A stretch of 64,000 nt of DNA from Kiritimatiellia bacterium (GTDB taxonomy: Bacteria; Verrucomicrobiota; Kiritimatiellia; RFP12; UBA1067): positions 14,072 through 78,071 of the forward strand of contig JAFSMR010000046.1 in the NCBI GenBank assembly GCA_017447805.1, given 5' to 3'. The position numbers and the translations under genes were made by a program. The notes below the pieces were generated by a model that was given only the letters and a program-made list of their open reading frames with translations, made no database searches and was not told the DNA's origin. Below are positions 18,402 through 28,219 of the stretch, in pieces. Within the stretch, counting starts at the first letter, position 1. Every line of letters begins with the position of its first letter.

Positions 18402-20140
18402 TTGCCTTCCTCCCCGTGCGCGTGGTGCTCGTGATGATGGCCGCAGGTGCATTTATGGCCGTCCTCACCATCATGGTGATGATGGCCGCAAGTGCACTTC
18501 TTTTGCTCTTTGGCGATAAGATCTTCTGCGAGCGCGCCGATGGCGTCCAGCCCGGCGGCGTCTGAGGCCGCGAGAAGATTCTCAAGTGCCGGCATGATAA
18601 ATTTAGCAAATTCGCTCTTTCCTGCCGCCGTCAATCTTCCATAGGCGCCTAACGCTTGAACCAATCTTTCTACTGCCGCGAAAGGAAGAATTACAACTAT
18701 CCCTTCATCGCCTGATTTCTTGGCGTATAGCGCCGCAAGTGCCCTTCTTTCGCCTTCGCGCAAATCGATATACGGGTCAAAGAGCAAACTCGCCAAATCG
18801 TACGCCGCAGGCCCGAGTCTCATACCTTGGAAATCGATGAACTTGAAGTCATCCTTGTTATCTACGCCAACCTTTGTAGACCAAATTATGTTCGAAGATT
18901 GGAAATCGCGATGAACGAGTTTTAGCGGCTGTTTTTCGAGCCTTTGCGCTATCAGAGTAAATTCTTTTTCGACCTCGGCGCTCATATCAATATGATGACG
19001 CGCCTTGAGGAAGTGTTCGGTAAAGAGATCGCGCTCCCATTTATAAAGCGCAGCATCGAATTTCGGCTCCAGTTCCAGCTTCGAGGCATCGAGATTGCTG
19101 AATTTCGCAAGCTCTTCGACGACTGCTACATAATCCCACAATCTATCTTCGCCGCGCCTCTTCGAGCGCTTAAGCAAATCTTCGCTGCCCGCATTTTCTA
19201 GAACGAGCGTCTTGAGGATAGTATCTTCCCACAAAACTTGCGGAACTTTTATCCCCTGCTCCTTAAGCCATCTCGCGTGCGGGGCATAGCGCGCGTTTTC
19301 AGGACGCTTTTCATCGTCATAGATGATTAGATAATCATCGCCAAGACGGAAGAACATTCTATCGCTGCCCCTCGCACCCAAAAATTCCGTCTTTACATCT
19401 TCGCCGAGACCTAGCGCCTTGATTGCTTCTTTGATCTGCGGAATCTCATTATAGGCGTTTTCGCCGTCATGCGAATTCAACTCGAAATAGCTATCGATAC
19501 TGCCTGCATCTTCCCAGAGGAAATTTTCTTGCGTTACACCTTTTACGAACTTCCCTTCCATCATCGCCTTTTCAAATGCTTCAATGATGGTGGAAAAGCC
19601 GCCCCTCTTCACATAATCGAGGATTTCATTCTTTAAAAGCGTAATGCCGGAAAATGTCCAGGTGCCGTTCCAGCCCGGGTCTTGGCTAGCCCAATTCGTC
19701 ACGAAGGAGCTTTCCGGCTCGATTTCGATTGTCCGCGGCCCCGCCTCTGTTACGGCTGCAACCGCAATTACATCCGGCGAAGATTTTTCGAATTCTTTCT
19801 CCAAATCCGGCACGCCATCGAATATAACATCTCCATTGACGAGATAGAAATCGTCTTTTCCTATCCAATCGCGAAGTTTATCCAGTGCCCCGCCTGTGCC
19901 GAGAATTTCTTCTTCTTTGCTCGCCTTGCAACCATTTGCCTCGGCCCACTCGGCTATTTTATCGCCGAGATAATGGGCGTTCACCGCGATTTCTTCTATT
20001 CCCTTCTCGCGGAGGAATTCCACCGCCCTCGAAATCATCGGCTCGCCCCAAACCGGCAACAGCGGTTTTGGTATAGCAGAGGTAAGCGGCCTCAACCGAG
20101 TGCCGAATCCTGCTGCCAAAACTACCGCTTTCTTTGCCAT
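18398..20140 (-). CDS. Fused NTP-transferase (MurU-like) and APH-family sugar kinase (AmgK-like) with His/Cys-rich tail
   Basis: LAAGFGTRLRPLT..PKPL, GTGG, VNGD; then GSDRMFFR, LVHRDFQSSNI, IDFQGMRLG, YDLASLL; C-terminal CTCGHHHH twice. Confidence 0.85.
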   Translation of the reverse strand: MAKKAVVLAAGFGTRLRPLTSAIPKPLLPVWGEPMISRAVEFLREKGIEEIAVNAHYLGDKIAEWAEANGCKASKEEEILGTGGALDKLRDWIGKDDFYLVNGDVIFDGVPDLEKEFEKSSPDVIAVAAVTEAGPRTIEIEPESSFVTNWASQDPGWNGTWTFSGITLLKNEILDYVKRGGFSTIIEAFEKAMMEGKFVKGVTQENFLWEDAGSIDSYFELNSHDGENAYNEIPQIKEAIKALGLGEDVKTEFLGARGSDRMFFRLGDDYLIIYDDEKRPENARYAPHARWLKEQGIKVPQVLWEDTILKTLVLENAGSEDLLKRSKRRGEDRLWDYVAVVEELAKFSNLDASKLELEPKFDAALYKWERDLFTEHFLKARHHIDMSAEVEKEFTLIAQRLEKQPLKLVHRDFQSSNIIWSTKVGVDNKDDFKFIDFQGMRLGPAAYDLASLLFDPYIDLREGERRALAALYAKKSGDEGIVVILPFAAVERLVQALGAYGRLTAAGKSEFAKFIMPALENLLAASDAAGLDAIGALAEDLIAKEQKKCTCGHHHHDGEDGHKCTCGHHHEHHAHGEEGK

Positions 20141-20164
20141 TCAAGGTTCCTTTTGATGGGTTTT

Positions 20165-20974
20165 TCAGCGATATACGGGCCTTTGCCGCGCCGCCTTTAC
20201 TTTGGGTTCTTCCAAATGCAGCGAATACCACTGATCGCCAATTCCAGAATTGTTGAAATGCAATACTCTATTGTTCATCAGCGCTTCATGATTGCGTTTC
20301 AGAGTTTCGTTATCGCTCTTCTTTAGCGCTTCGCCCAAAACTTTGAATGCCGCATCGGTATCGCCGCGCTTTACCAAAATCCAGCTGTAGCAAGCCGCGG
20401 GAAGGACGTTATCGTTATATCTCGCTCTCATTACGGCCTTGCGATAAACCTTATCGATTTCCTCAATGCTCTTGCCGAGCATCTGCATACGCGCCATCTT
20501 CATCGAGGCGGATACGGGGTCGATTATAAACGCCTTAGGCATTAGCTCGTCTACAGCCTTGAAATCTTTGATCATCCAATTAAGATGCATCCTTGCCGTA
20601 GCTACTTGCTTGGCAACCATCAAAACCCACGGGCGATATTTATCTAGCCGCGAAGTTTCGACGAGCGCCTTCTTTACAGCTACTCGCATATCTTCCTGTA
20701 TAATCCTCTGCGCTTCCTGAATACTCCCCGGCGGCCTTAACTGCCAGCGGCGCATCTTTTCTTCCACTCCTTTTTGGGCCTCTGCGATAATACTTTGGAC
20801 AAAAAGCATATCGGCCTTGACCTTCCTCATAAAGAATACGCCAAGCCCGATTTGTATCGCGAGAAACGTCAAAATCGCCCAAGTAATACTCCAGCCCATG
20901 CCGACATCCCCCGCCCAGTGAAAGGCGGAAAACGAACCAAGACCGGCAACAATTGCGGTAATTAGTGTTATCAT
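20165..20974 (-). CDS. Hypothetical membrane-anchored helical (TPR-like) protein
   Basis: Two N-terminal hydrophobic segments, helical body, own promoter. Confidence 0.7.
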   Translation of the reverse strand: MITLITAIVAGLGSFSAFHWAGDVGMGWSITWAILTFLAIQIGLGVFFMRKVKADMLFVQSIIAEAQKGVEEKMRRWQLRPPGSIQEAQRIIQEDMRVAVKKALVETSRLDKYRPWVLMVAKQVATARMHLNWMIKDFKAVDELMPKAFIIDPVSASMKMARMQMLGKSIEEIDKVYRKAVMRARYNDNVLPAACYSWILVKRGDTDAAFKVLGEALKKSDNETLKRNHEALMNNRVLHFNNSGIGDQWYSLHLEEPKVKAARQRPVYR

Positions 20975-20981
20975 GCCCTAA

Positions 20982-21010
20982 ATTGTATCAATTTTTCCGC
21001 CTCGGGTCAA
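20982..21010 (-). promoter_or_regulatory. Leaderless promoter
   Basis: TTGACC, 17 nt, TGA-TACAAT, then 7 nt to ATG 20974. Confidence 0.65.
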
Positions 21011-21924
21011 GTGGCACGAGGATGAAAACGCTTATGAATTTCTGCGAAACGCGCGGTATCGACATGCGTATAGATTTGGGTCGTGCCGATATCGCTATGG
21101 CCTAGCATCTCTTGTATAGCCCTGATATCGGCGCCTCTCTGCAACATGTGAGAAGCGTAAGAATGGCGTAAAACGTGCGGAGAAATGCGCTCTTGAGCGA
21201 TTCCGGCGGCCGCCGCGCGCTCGCGGATGAGCTTAAACACCCCTTGGCGAGTGAACTTTCTGCCTAGCCTCGTGAGGAACATGTGGGCTTCAAGTTCCCT
21301 TCCGCGAGCCAAGAATGGATCTCTTCCAAGCCGAAGATATCTAGATATTGCGTGCCCGGCGCTTTCGCCTAGCGGCACTACGCGCTCCTTCGCGCCCTTG
21401 CCGAAGATTCTCACAAGCTCCCCATCGGCAATTATATCGCCGAGCTTCATTTCGCATAATTCGCTTACCCTAAGCCCGCATCCATACAAAATTTCGAGCA
21501 TTGCCCTATCACGAAGATCCTGCGGCTTTTTACCGCTCACGAGGTCGATCATCCTAGATGCTTCCTCCTCGCTCAATACTTTTGGCAACGGCCTTTCGAG
21601 TTTGGGCGAGTCCATGAGTTCGGATGGGTCTTCCTTTATCTCTTTCATGCTCTTGAGATATCTAAGGAACATCTTGATTGCGCTTATGCGCCGCGCGCGG
21701 GTCGAAGAAGCCATCGAAGCGCCCTTTTCCTCTTCGATGAACGAAGCGATATCATCGCGATTGATTTCGCTAGCCTCATTCTTTCCCTTCGCGATAAGCC
21801 ACTTGGCAAAGCGCCGCAAATCCCGCGCGTATGCTTCACATGTATTGCGCGCCATAGATCGCTCGAATTCAAGCGCAAGAATAAAATCTTCGATTTGCCT
21901 CTCAAGCTGAGTTTCAGCGCTCAT
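21007..21924 (-). CDS. xerD: Tyrosine recombinase XerD
   Basis: NTCEAYARDL, LRDRAMLEILYGCGLRVSEL, GKGAKER, SPHVLRHSYASH, LGHSDIGTTQIYTHV. Confidence 0.85.
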   Translation of the reverse strand: MSAETQLERQIEDFILALEFERSMARNTCEAYARDLRRFAKWLIAKGKNEASEINRDDIASFIEEEKGASMASSTRARRISAIKMFLRYLKSMKEIKEDPSELMDSPKLERPLPKVLSEEEASRMIDLVSGKKPQDLRDRAMLEILYGCGLRVSELCEMKLGDIIADGELVRIFGKGAKERVVPLGESAGHAISRYLRLGRDPFLARGRELEAHMFLTRLGRKFTRQGVFKLIRERAAAAGIAQERISPHVLRHSYASHMLQRGADIRAIQEMLGHSDIGTTQIYTHVDTARFAEIHKRFHPRAT

Positions 21925-21959
21925 ACGAAAACAAATTCTTTTCTATTTTCCTTTAAGCG

Positions 21960-22784
21960 CTATTTCAACACACGCAAAATGAAATCATCAATCAGCCCGG
22001 ACATTAAAGACCTCGCCTGCTCGCCCGCAGCGACAACATCTTCATGCTTTAGCGGCTGACGCGAAATGCCCGCCGCCAAATTCGTTACTAAAGATATGCC
22101 GGCGATTTGCATCCCGCACGCCTTCGCAAAAACTGCTTCAGGTACCGTTGACATGCCGACTACATCCGCGCCGAGAGTTTTGTATGCTTGAACTTCCGCC
22201 GGCGTCTCGTAGCAAGGGCCCATTGCGTAAGCATATATGCCATCCATCGCGCGAATCTGACGCAAATTCGCAATCGAATGGAGCGTCTCGGAAAAATGCT
22301 TCGAATAGACTTGGCTCATATCCGGGAAGCGCTCGCCCCATTCAGGGTTATGTGGACCTACCAGCGGATTCATGCCGATTAAATTTATATGGTCGCGAAT
22401 AATTACGAAATCGCCTGGCCTTAGGGCTGGATTGATTCCACCGGAAGCATTGGTCAAGACTACTTTATCTACGCCCATCCTGCGCAAAATTTCGATTGGA
22501 AGGATAGCTTGCTCCCAGCCTACGCCTTCATAAAAATGCCGCCGACCACACCAAGCCGCGATGCGTCTAGAGTTGCGCTCGTAAAGAATGAATTCCCCCG
22601 TATGCCCTTCGATAGTAGCATCCCCTAGGCCTGGTATATCCCGATAGGGTATTCTTACAAGAATATTATCTGTAATTATCGCTTTGTTCCAGCCGCTGCC
22701 GAGTAGAAGGCCAAGAGCGACCTTGCCGTCAAAACATACATCCGGCAAATATCCCGCGGCTTTATCGAAGAAATTTTTATCCAT
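21960..22784 (-). CDS. punA: Purine-nucleoside phosphorylase (trimeric type)
   Basis: LGSG, GRRHFYEG, TNASGGIN, DHIN, RFPDMS, GPCYETPAE, VGMSTVPE, TNLAAG; start reset to ATG 22784. Confidence 0.9.
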   Translation of the reverse strand: MDKNFFDKAAGYLPDVCFDGKVALGLLLGSGWNKAIITDNILVRIPYRDIPGLGDATIEGHTGEFILYERNSRRIAAWCGRRHFYEGVGWEQAILPIEILRRMGVDKVVLTNASGGINPALRPGDFVIIRDHINLIGMNPLVGPHNPEWGERFPDMSQVYSKHFSETLHSIANLRQIRAMDGIYAYAMGPCYETPAEVQAYKTLGADVVGMSTVPEAVFAKACGMQIAGISLVTNLAAGISRQPLKHEDVVAAGEQARSLMSGLIDDFILRVLK

Positions 22785-22809
22785 TGGTGCTACCCCCTCA
22801 TTCCATCTC

Positions 22810-23904
22810 CTATGATTGCGCAATAGGCCAGCAATCGAATTCCATCTCGCCGTAAGGACAATTCCGCGAAAGTGATTTGAACGAAGATAAATCCACCTTT
22901 TTCTTTTGTCCGATTGTGATTTTCGTATTGCGCGAAAATTTTTCGTGTCTTTCTGCCGCGGAGCGAGAAAGTATTTCGCGCGGCATTTTCCACCAAAGCG
23001 CAGCCCAATCTTCGATTGACATTCCTTCTTCTTCAACCATTACTTTATATGTAATCGGTATTGCGCACTCCAGCCCTATTATTCCATTTGCACTTTTGGC
23101 AAATCCGCAAGATTTCGTTTTGGCGGGATGTGGCGCGTGGTCGGTCGCGAACATGAGCAACCCTTCTTTTACCGCTTTGCGTAATTCTGCGCGGTCTTCC
23201 CTTGTGCCGAGCGGCGGCGCCATTTTGAAATTTGCGTCGTCAGCGGGAATTTCTTCGCAACATAGAAGAAGGTGATGTGGGGTAGCCTCGGCCGTAACTG
23301 GCAAACCTTCTTTGCGCGCTTCGTGCACGAGTTCCACCCCTTGCGCCGTTGAAATATGCTGTATATGAAGCCGGCATCCCGTATCGCGGCAAATGGAAAT
23401 ATCTCGCCTTATCGCCGCGCACTCCGCTTCAGCAGGAATCGTCGGCAAAGAAAACCGCCGAGCTATTTCGCAATCGCGAATTACACCATTTGCGACAAGA
23501 CGAGGATCCATCGCGTGCTCGCATATTGCGATATCCAGCTTTGCCGCGCGTTTCATCGCTTCGGCCATTACTTTATCATCTACGACATACGATCCGTCAT
23601 CGGTGAAAAATGATGCGCCAGCTTGAGCGAGAGACTCGAGATTCGCGACTTCCTTACCTTGGCGTCCTTTTGTTATGCAAGCCGATGGCAATATGAGAAC
23701 AGGGAGCGTTTCGTCTTCTATTTGCTCCCGAATCCACCCTTCGTTATCGCCGGCAGGCGTAGTATTCGGCATCGTTACGACCGATGCGAATCCTCCTGCC
23801 GCCGCCGCCGCGCTTCCAGTTGCACGAGTTTCCGCGTCGCTCATCCCGGGGTCGCGAAAATGCACATGTACGTCAATAAAGCCAGGAAATTCCTTCTCGA
23901 TCAT
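22810..23904 (-). CDS. pyrC: Dihydroorotase (compact type I-like)
   Basis: PGFIDVHVHFRDPG, MPNTTP, HIQHIST, EATPHHL, KMAPPL, ATDHAPH. Confidence 0.88.
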   Translation of the reverse strand: MIEKEFPGFIDVHVHFRDPGMSDAETRATGSAAAAAGGFASVVTMPNTTPAGDNEGWIREQIEDETLPVLILPSACITKGRQGKEVANLESLAQAGASFFTDDGSYVVDDKVMAEAMKRAAKLDIAICEHAMDPRLVANGVIRDCEIARRFSLPTIPAEAECAAIRRDISICRDTGCRLHIQHISTAQGVELVHEARKEGLPVTAEATPHHLLLCCEEIPADDANFKMAPPLGTREDRAELRKAVKEGLLMFATDHAPHPAKTKSCGFAKSANGIIGLECAIPITYKVMVEEEGMSIEDWAALWWKMPREILSRSAAERHEKFSRNTKITIGQKKKVDLSSFKSLSRNCPYGEMEFDCWPIAQS

Positions 23905-23920
23905 ACTAACTTAACCTTAC

Positions 23921-24259
23921 TTACTTTCTGGGACTCGGCGGCAAACTCGAAAGCGCAAGCGCTACTTCATATTGCGACATCGCCGTCGATATTATCGCTA
24001 CTTCCTCCCTCGCCGCGCCTTCTATCATATCGGGCGGAGCTGGCCGATTATGGCATAACACTACTACTTGGCATCCCACCAGCGTGCAGACGGCAATTGT
24101 ATTCAAATGGTTTTGGATAGTAACAAGAACACATTCATCCCCGGCATGACCCATTACATCGGAAAGCAAATCGCCAACGTATACATTGGTTGCTTGCTCT
24201 TCGCCAGTTCCAGAAAGAATCTTGCCTTCGATTTTACCGGCTATTTCTTTTGTATTCAT
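23921..24259 (-). CDS. DRTGG-domain protein
   Basis: VYVGDLLSDVM, VLVTIQNHLNTIAV. Confidence 0.8.
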   Translation of the reverse strand: MNTKEIAGKIEGKILSGTGEEQATNVYVGDLLSDVMGHAGDECVLVTIQNHLNTIAVCTLVGCQVVVLCHNRPAPPDMIEGAAREEVAIISTAMSQYEVALALSSLPPSPRK

Positions 24260-25230
24260 TGCGCTGCTCCTTCTGGCGCCGGCTGCTCGGCTTTAGGCAA
24301 ATCGAAAATACATTGCACTATAGTGTATTTGCCGACTTCGCTCGCAATTTCGAATTTGTCCGATACACGCTTGGAATTGGATAGTCCCATCCCGGCGCCA
24401 AATCCCATTGAACGAATCCAATCGTTCGCTGTAGATGTTCCATCTTTGCAAGCCCATTCTACATCTTCGATTCCCGGGCCGCGGTCCTTTGCTGTTATGT
24501 GAATGCTGTTATCGGCTATCAACAAAACGAGAACTCCGCCATGCGAATGAATGCAGATATTGATTTCAAGTTCATACGCGGCGACTGCCACGCGCCTCAT
24601 GATAGTGCGGTCGATTTTGCGCTCGCGCAATATTCCTTTTATCGCGTTTGCGGCATGACCTGCTCGCGATAGGTCGTTGTGGACGACTGCCCATTCTTTT
24701 CTGAAGAAATTTTCTTTAGCTTCTTGTTCTGCCGCAGCCTGGGCTTTCGGCGAACTCTTGCGCTCGAGCTTTCTTATTTCCACCGAAAGCTCGTATAGTA
24801 GCGCTCTCATCACATCACGCTGCGATACTATACCCACTAGCTTGCGGTTGGAATCAAGGACCGGAAAGCGTCCGTATGTATAGTTATTGAAATATCTCAA
24901 GGCAAAAGCGAGCGGCATCCCGGCTTCAAGAACAACTAGATTCTTCGACATGTGGTCTTCGCAAGAATCCTCCATCCATCCGCCATCCAAGCCCTTGATA
25001 ATATCGTTTACGGAAACAATCCCGTAAAGCCGCCCGCCTTCGCTTACAGGCAAGCCTGATATATGATTATCTCGCAAAATCGCCTGCGCATCACGCAAAG
25101 TCGCGTTGCGAGGAATCGATATTACCTGACGCTTCATCACATCACGGACTTTGAAGCGCTGCAAAAGCTCCATTATGATTTCGCTGGAATCGCCCCCGAG
25201 CGCTTTCTCGTCGAGAGGCGTCTTGGCCAT
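24256..25230 (-). CDS. Tandem CBS domains fused to anti-sigma-type (RsbT/SpoIIAB-like) Ser/Thr kinase
   Basis: ISGLPV, YGRFPV, GIVS; AYELEINICIHS, DRGPGI, GFGAGMGLSN; start reset to ATG 25230. Confidence 0.85.
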   Translation of the reverse strand: MAKTPLDEKALGGDSSEIIMELLQRFKVRDVMKRQVISIPRNATLRDAQAILRDNHISGLPVSEGGRLYGIVSVNDIIKGLDGGWMEDSCEDHMSKNLVVLEAGMPLAFALRYFNNYTYGRFPVLDSNRKLVGIVSQRDVMRALLYELSVEIRKLERKSSPKAQAAAEQEAKENFFRKEWAVVHNDLSRAGHAANAIKGILRERKIDRTIMRRVAVAAYELEINICIHSHGGVLVLLIADNSIHITAKDRGPGIEDVEWACKDGTSTANDWIRSMGFGAGMGLSNSKRVSDKFEIASEVGKYTIVQCIFDLPKAEQPAPEGAAQ

Positions 25231-25335
25231 GATTTCATCATCATTCGTATGCTGCCCTTGCAATATCACAGGCGTATATTCACCACACATAAATTCACCT
25301 CTTTCTAAACAGCGCCAAGCGCCCCAATCGGCGCC

Positions 25336-25734
25336 TCACGCCTTCTCTTCAGCAAGAAACGCATCATGAAGTTTTACGCATGCATCGTATTTAGTAAGAG
25401 GACTCGAGACCAGCGGAATCGCCAAATCATTCGCGACCTGTATCATCGTCTGGGAAAGAGGTTTGGCATTATGAATTACAACACCCATAGCGCCAACGAT
25501 ATGAGCAGTCCTAATCGCCTGGTCGCTCGCCAGCGACGTAAGAAGAAGAATATCATCAGAATCATCGAGCAGCACGTCGCTCATCAAATCATTCGCGACA
25601 ACCGCGCCAACTACGCGAGGGCTTGTCGCATCGCCCGCAATGAGCTTGCCATTTAGAATCTTTACTACATCTGCTATAGTCATGACCGAATCATCTCCTT
25701 CTTTTTGCGACCCCGGGTCGAGGCCTATTCTCAT
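25336..25734 (-). CDS. DRTGG-domain protein
   Basis: ANDLMSDVL, LLLTSL, QAIRTA; alternative start at 25683. Confidence 0.8.
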   Translation of the reverse strand: MRIGLDPGSQKEGDDSVMTIADVVKILNGKLIAGDATSPRVVGAVVANDLMSDVLLDDSDDILLLTSLASDQAIRTAHIVGAMGVVIHNAKPLSQTMIQVANDLAIPLVSSPLTKYDACVKLHDAFLAEEKA

Positions 25735-25745
25735 TTTCTGCGCTT

Positions 25746-25774
25746 ATTATAGCATTTCTTGCGCCAAATTGCAA
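25746..25774 (-). promoter_or_regulatory. Promoter of the DRTGG-CBS-kinase unit
   Basis: TTGCAA, 17 nt, TGC-TATAAT. Confidence 0.7.
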
Positions 25775-25806
25775 CAACGACTTGGAAATATCTAGTCGGT
25801 GACGCC

Positions 25807-25833
25807 AGAGAGGAAAATTGACAATTCCTCTCT
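25807..25833. terminator. Hairpin downstream of tatD
   Basis: AGAGAGGAA-N9-TTCCTCTCT; no clear U tract. Confidence 0.35.
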
Positions 25834-25856
25834 CCAACTCCGACTCTTTACTCCAA

Positions 25857-26525
25857 CTAATCACCTAAAAATCTTTGGGCGTTGGAATCGAGAATCGAAA
25901 TCAGTTTTTCTTCGTCAATATTTCTTATTCTTGCGAGGACTCTGGCAACTTCGATGACTTTTGGCGTTACTGCAGCGGTTTCGAGCGTTCTATCTGATTC
26001 CACAAGAAGCATGTCGAGTGGAATTTTCGATGCAAGCTCGCGATAATTAACAGCGTGATCGTTAAGCAAGGCTGGCCCTATCGAGACAAAGCCATTGAGC
26101 GCCTTGATATCTGGCAAAAGTCCGCCAGAGCGCGAAAAGCCGTGGAAAAGAAAGGCCGGAATCGCTTGAGCGTATCGCTTGGCCTCATTGACTACTTCGC
26201 CCCAGCATTTCGCGCCGTGCAACACTACTGGCCGCTTCATCAACGCGGCGATTTGAAGTTGTGAAGAAAACACGACTCTAGAGCGAGCAGATATTTCTTT
26301 CGACTTTAGCCTATCTAACCCTATCTCGCCGACCCCGGCCCCGGGATTTTCTTCGAGCATTTGACGAAGATGCTCTTCATCGTAGGAATCGACATACCAA
26401 GGATGGCAGCCGAAGAAGAGCGCTCTCGCCCCTTCCGGCGGCTTGAAATCCCCGTTATTCCAGTTTAAGGGACAAATAATCGCTTGGCTTGAAGAATCAG
26501 CGACGTGACAATGCGCGTCAATCAT
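25857..26525 (-). CDS. TatD-family hydrolase
   Basis: IDAHCH, GCHPW, VGEIGLD, VVLH, FHGFS, LVESD. Confidence 0.9.
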   Translation of the reverse strand: MIDAHCHVADSSSQAIICPLNWNNGDFKPPEGARALFFGCHPWYVDSYDEEHLRQMLEENPGAGVGEIGLDRLKSKEISARSRVVFSSQLQIAALMKRPVVLHGAKCWGEVVNEAKRYAQAIPAFLFHGFSRSGGLLPDIKALNGFVSIGPALLNDHAVNYRELASKIPLDMLLVESDRTLETAAVTPKVIEVARVLARIRNIDEEKLISILDSNAQRFLGD

Positions 26526-27550
26526 TTCTTTTTGGCGGCTTGCCCTACAGGCGTCTCTTTTACGAGCTCTACGATCTTCGCGGTTATTTCTGGATTGGCC
26601 TTAAGGTATTCGGTCGTTGCGAGCGAACCTTGCGCAAGCTGAGTATCGCCAAAGCTAATCCAGCTTCCGCGTTTTTCGCAAATTCCGCGCTCGAGAGCCG
26701 CGTCGAGGACGCTGCCTTCCCAAGAAATTCCGCAAGTATAGAGAATATCAAATTCTGCTTCGGTGAAAGGCGGGGCAACCTTATTCTTGACTACCTTTAC
26801 CCTAGTCCTGTTGCCGACGACTTGGCCGGCGGTATTCTTGATCGCGCCGATTCTCTGCACTTGCAAGCGGCAGGATGTATAGAACTTCAGAGCCTTCCCG
26901 CCAGGCGTAGTTTCGGGATTGCCAAACATTACGCCGATTTTATCGCGAACTTGGTTCGTGAAAATCAAGAGAGTATTGGTATTTGCGATAATGCTTGTCA
27001 ATTTTCTCATCGCCTGCGACATAAGACGCGCCTGGAGGCCGACATGAGAATCACCCATGGCGCCATCGATTTCCGCCTGCGGAGTAAGAGCGGCGACCGA
27101 GTCGACTACAATAACATCAAGCGCGCCTGATTTAACGAGTTCCTCGCAAATCGTCAAAGCTTCTTCGCCGGAATTCGGCTGCGAGACGATTAGGTTATCT
27201 AGATCTACGCCGATTTTCCTCGCATACTGGGGATCGAGGGCGTGCTCGGCGTCGATAAACGCGGCTACCCCGCCTGCCTTCTGGGCATTTGCTACGACAT
27301 GCAGCGCAAGAGTAGTCTTGCCCGAAGATTCATGCCCGTAGCATTCGACAATTCTGCCGCGCGGCAAACCGCCGACGCCCAACGCCAAATCGAGAGATAG
27401 CGCGCCTGTAGAAATTACAGGAATTTCCTTATGGATTTCATCGCCTAGGCGCATAATCGACATATCGCCGAAATTCTTTCTAATCTGCCCCAACACCGCC
27501 TCAAGCGCGCTTGACGTGGTCTTCTTCGTAGATGCTGCTTCTTTAGCCAT
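26522..27550 (-). CDS. recA: Recombinase RecA
   Basis: [55 protein letters not shown]. Confidence 0.99.
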   Translation of the reverse strand: MAKEAASTKKTTSSALEAVLGQIRKNFGDMSIMRLGDEIHKEIPVISTGALSLDLALGVGGLPRGRIVECYGHESSGKTTLALHVVANAQKAGGVAAFIDAEHALDPQYARKIGVDLDNLIVSQPNSGEEALTICEELVKSGALDVIVVDSVAALTPQAEIDGAMGDSHVGLQARLMSQAMRKLTSIIANTNTLLIFTNQVRDKIGVMFGNPETTPGGKALKFYTSCRLQVQRIGAIKNTAGQVVGNRTRVKVVKNKVAPPFTEAEFDILYTCGISWEGSVLDAALERGICEKRGSWISFGDTQLAQGSLATTEYLKANPEITAKIVELVKETPVGQAAKKK

Positions 27551-27586
27551 ACTCTTCCTTATTCTTCTTTTGAAATTGTTGCTTAT

Positions 27587-27615
27587 ATTATACCAAATTG
27601 CCGCGTGCGATTCAA
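27587..27615 (-). promoter_or_regulatory. recA promoter
   Basis: TTGAAT, 17 nt, TGG-TATAAT. Confidence 0.7.
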
Positions 27616-27628
27616 CGGCCTTGACGAT

Positions 27629-28219
27629 TTATTTATCGGGATACTTCACCAGCGAATCGACATCATAGCCTTTTAGCGGACCGTTTTTCGCGCCGAACCC
27701 GAGCAATTCTACCGGGGAGAGAATCTTCATGACTTTTCCACCAAGCCTTTCGATTAGATGCGCGCAAGCAAGCGCCGTCCCGCCTGTCGCCATCAAGTCA
27801 TCGACGATAACGACATTATCGCCAGGTGAAATCGCGTCGACATGCATACTAACGGAAGCCGTGCCATATTCCAGCGAATAGCTTTCTGTCACTGTTTCGC
27901 GCGGCAGCTTGCCTGTTTTGCGGATTGGCACGAGCGCGCAGCCAAGTTTATAAGCAAGCGGCGCGCCGAAAATGAAGCCTCGCGATTCGGGCGCTGCGAT
28001 CTTATCGACCTTTATTCCGTCCAATAGCTCGCAAAGTCCATCAATGGTCAGCTTGAAACCTTCCGCGCTATCTAATATGCCGGTGATATCGCGATAGCGA
28101 ACACCCTCTTTAGGGAAGCCCACGATAGTTTGGATAAATCTATCGATTCCTTTGGGATCGTATAGAGGGGAAGCTTCTTTTTCTGTAGTTTGCATTGTAA
28201 AATTCCTAAATTTCATCAA
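27629..28219 (-). CDS. apt: Adenine phosphoribosyltransferase
   Basis: FPKEGVRYRDIT, ESRGF, RKTGKLP, YSLEYG, VDDLMATGGT. Confidence 0.95.
   Translation of the reverse strand: MMKFRNFTMQTTEKEASPLYDPKGIDRFIQTIVGFPKEGVRYRDITGILDSAEGFKLTIDGLCELLDGIKVDKIAAPESRGFIFGAPLAYKLGCALVPIRKTGKLPRETVTESYSLEYGTASVSMHVDAISPGDNVVIVDDLMATGGTALACAHLIERLGGKVMKILSPVELLGFGAKNGPLKGYDVDSLVKYPDK

Noticed and set aside
21007-21924. Prophage or ICE integrase
   Set aside because: Length and motifs fit housekeeping XerD, and it lies among core genes with no phage or conjugation genes.
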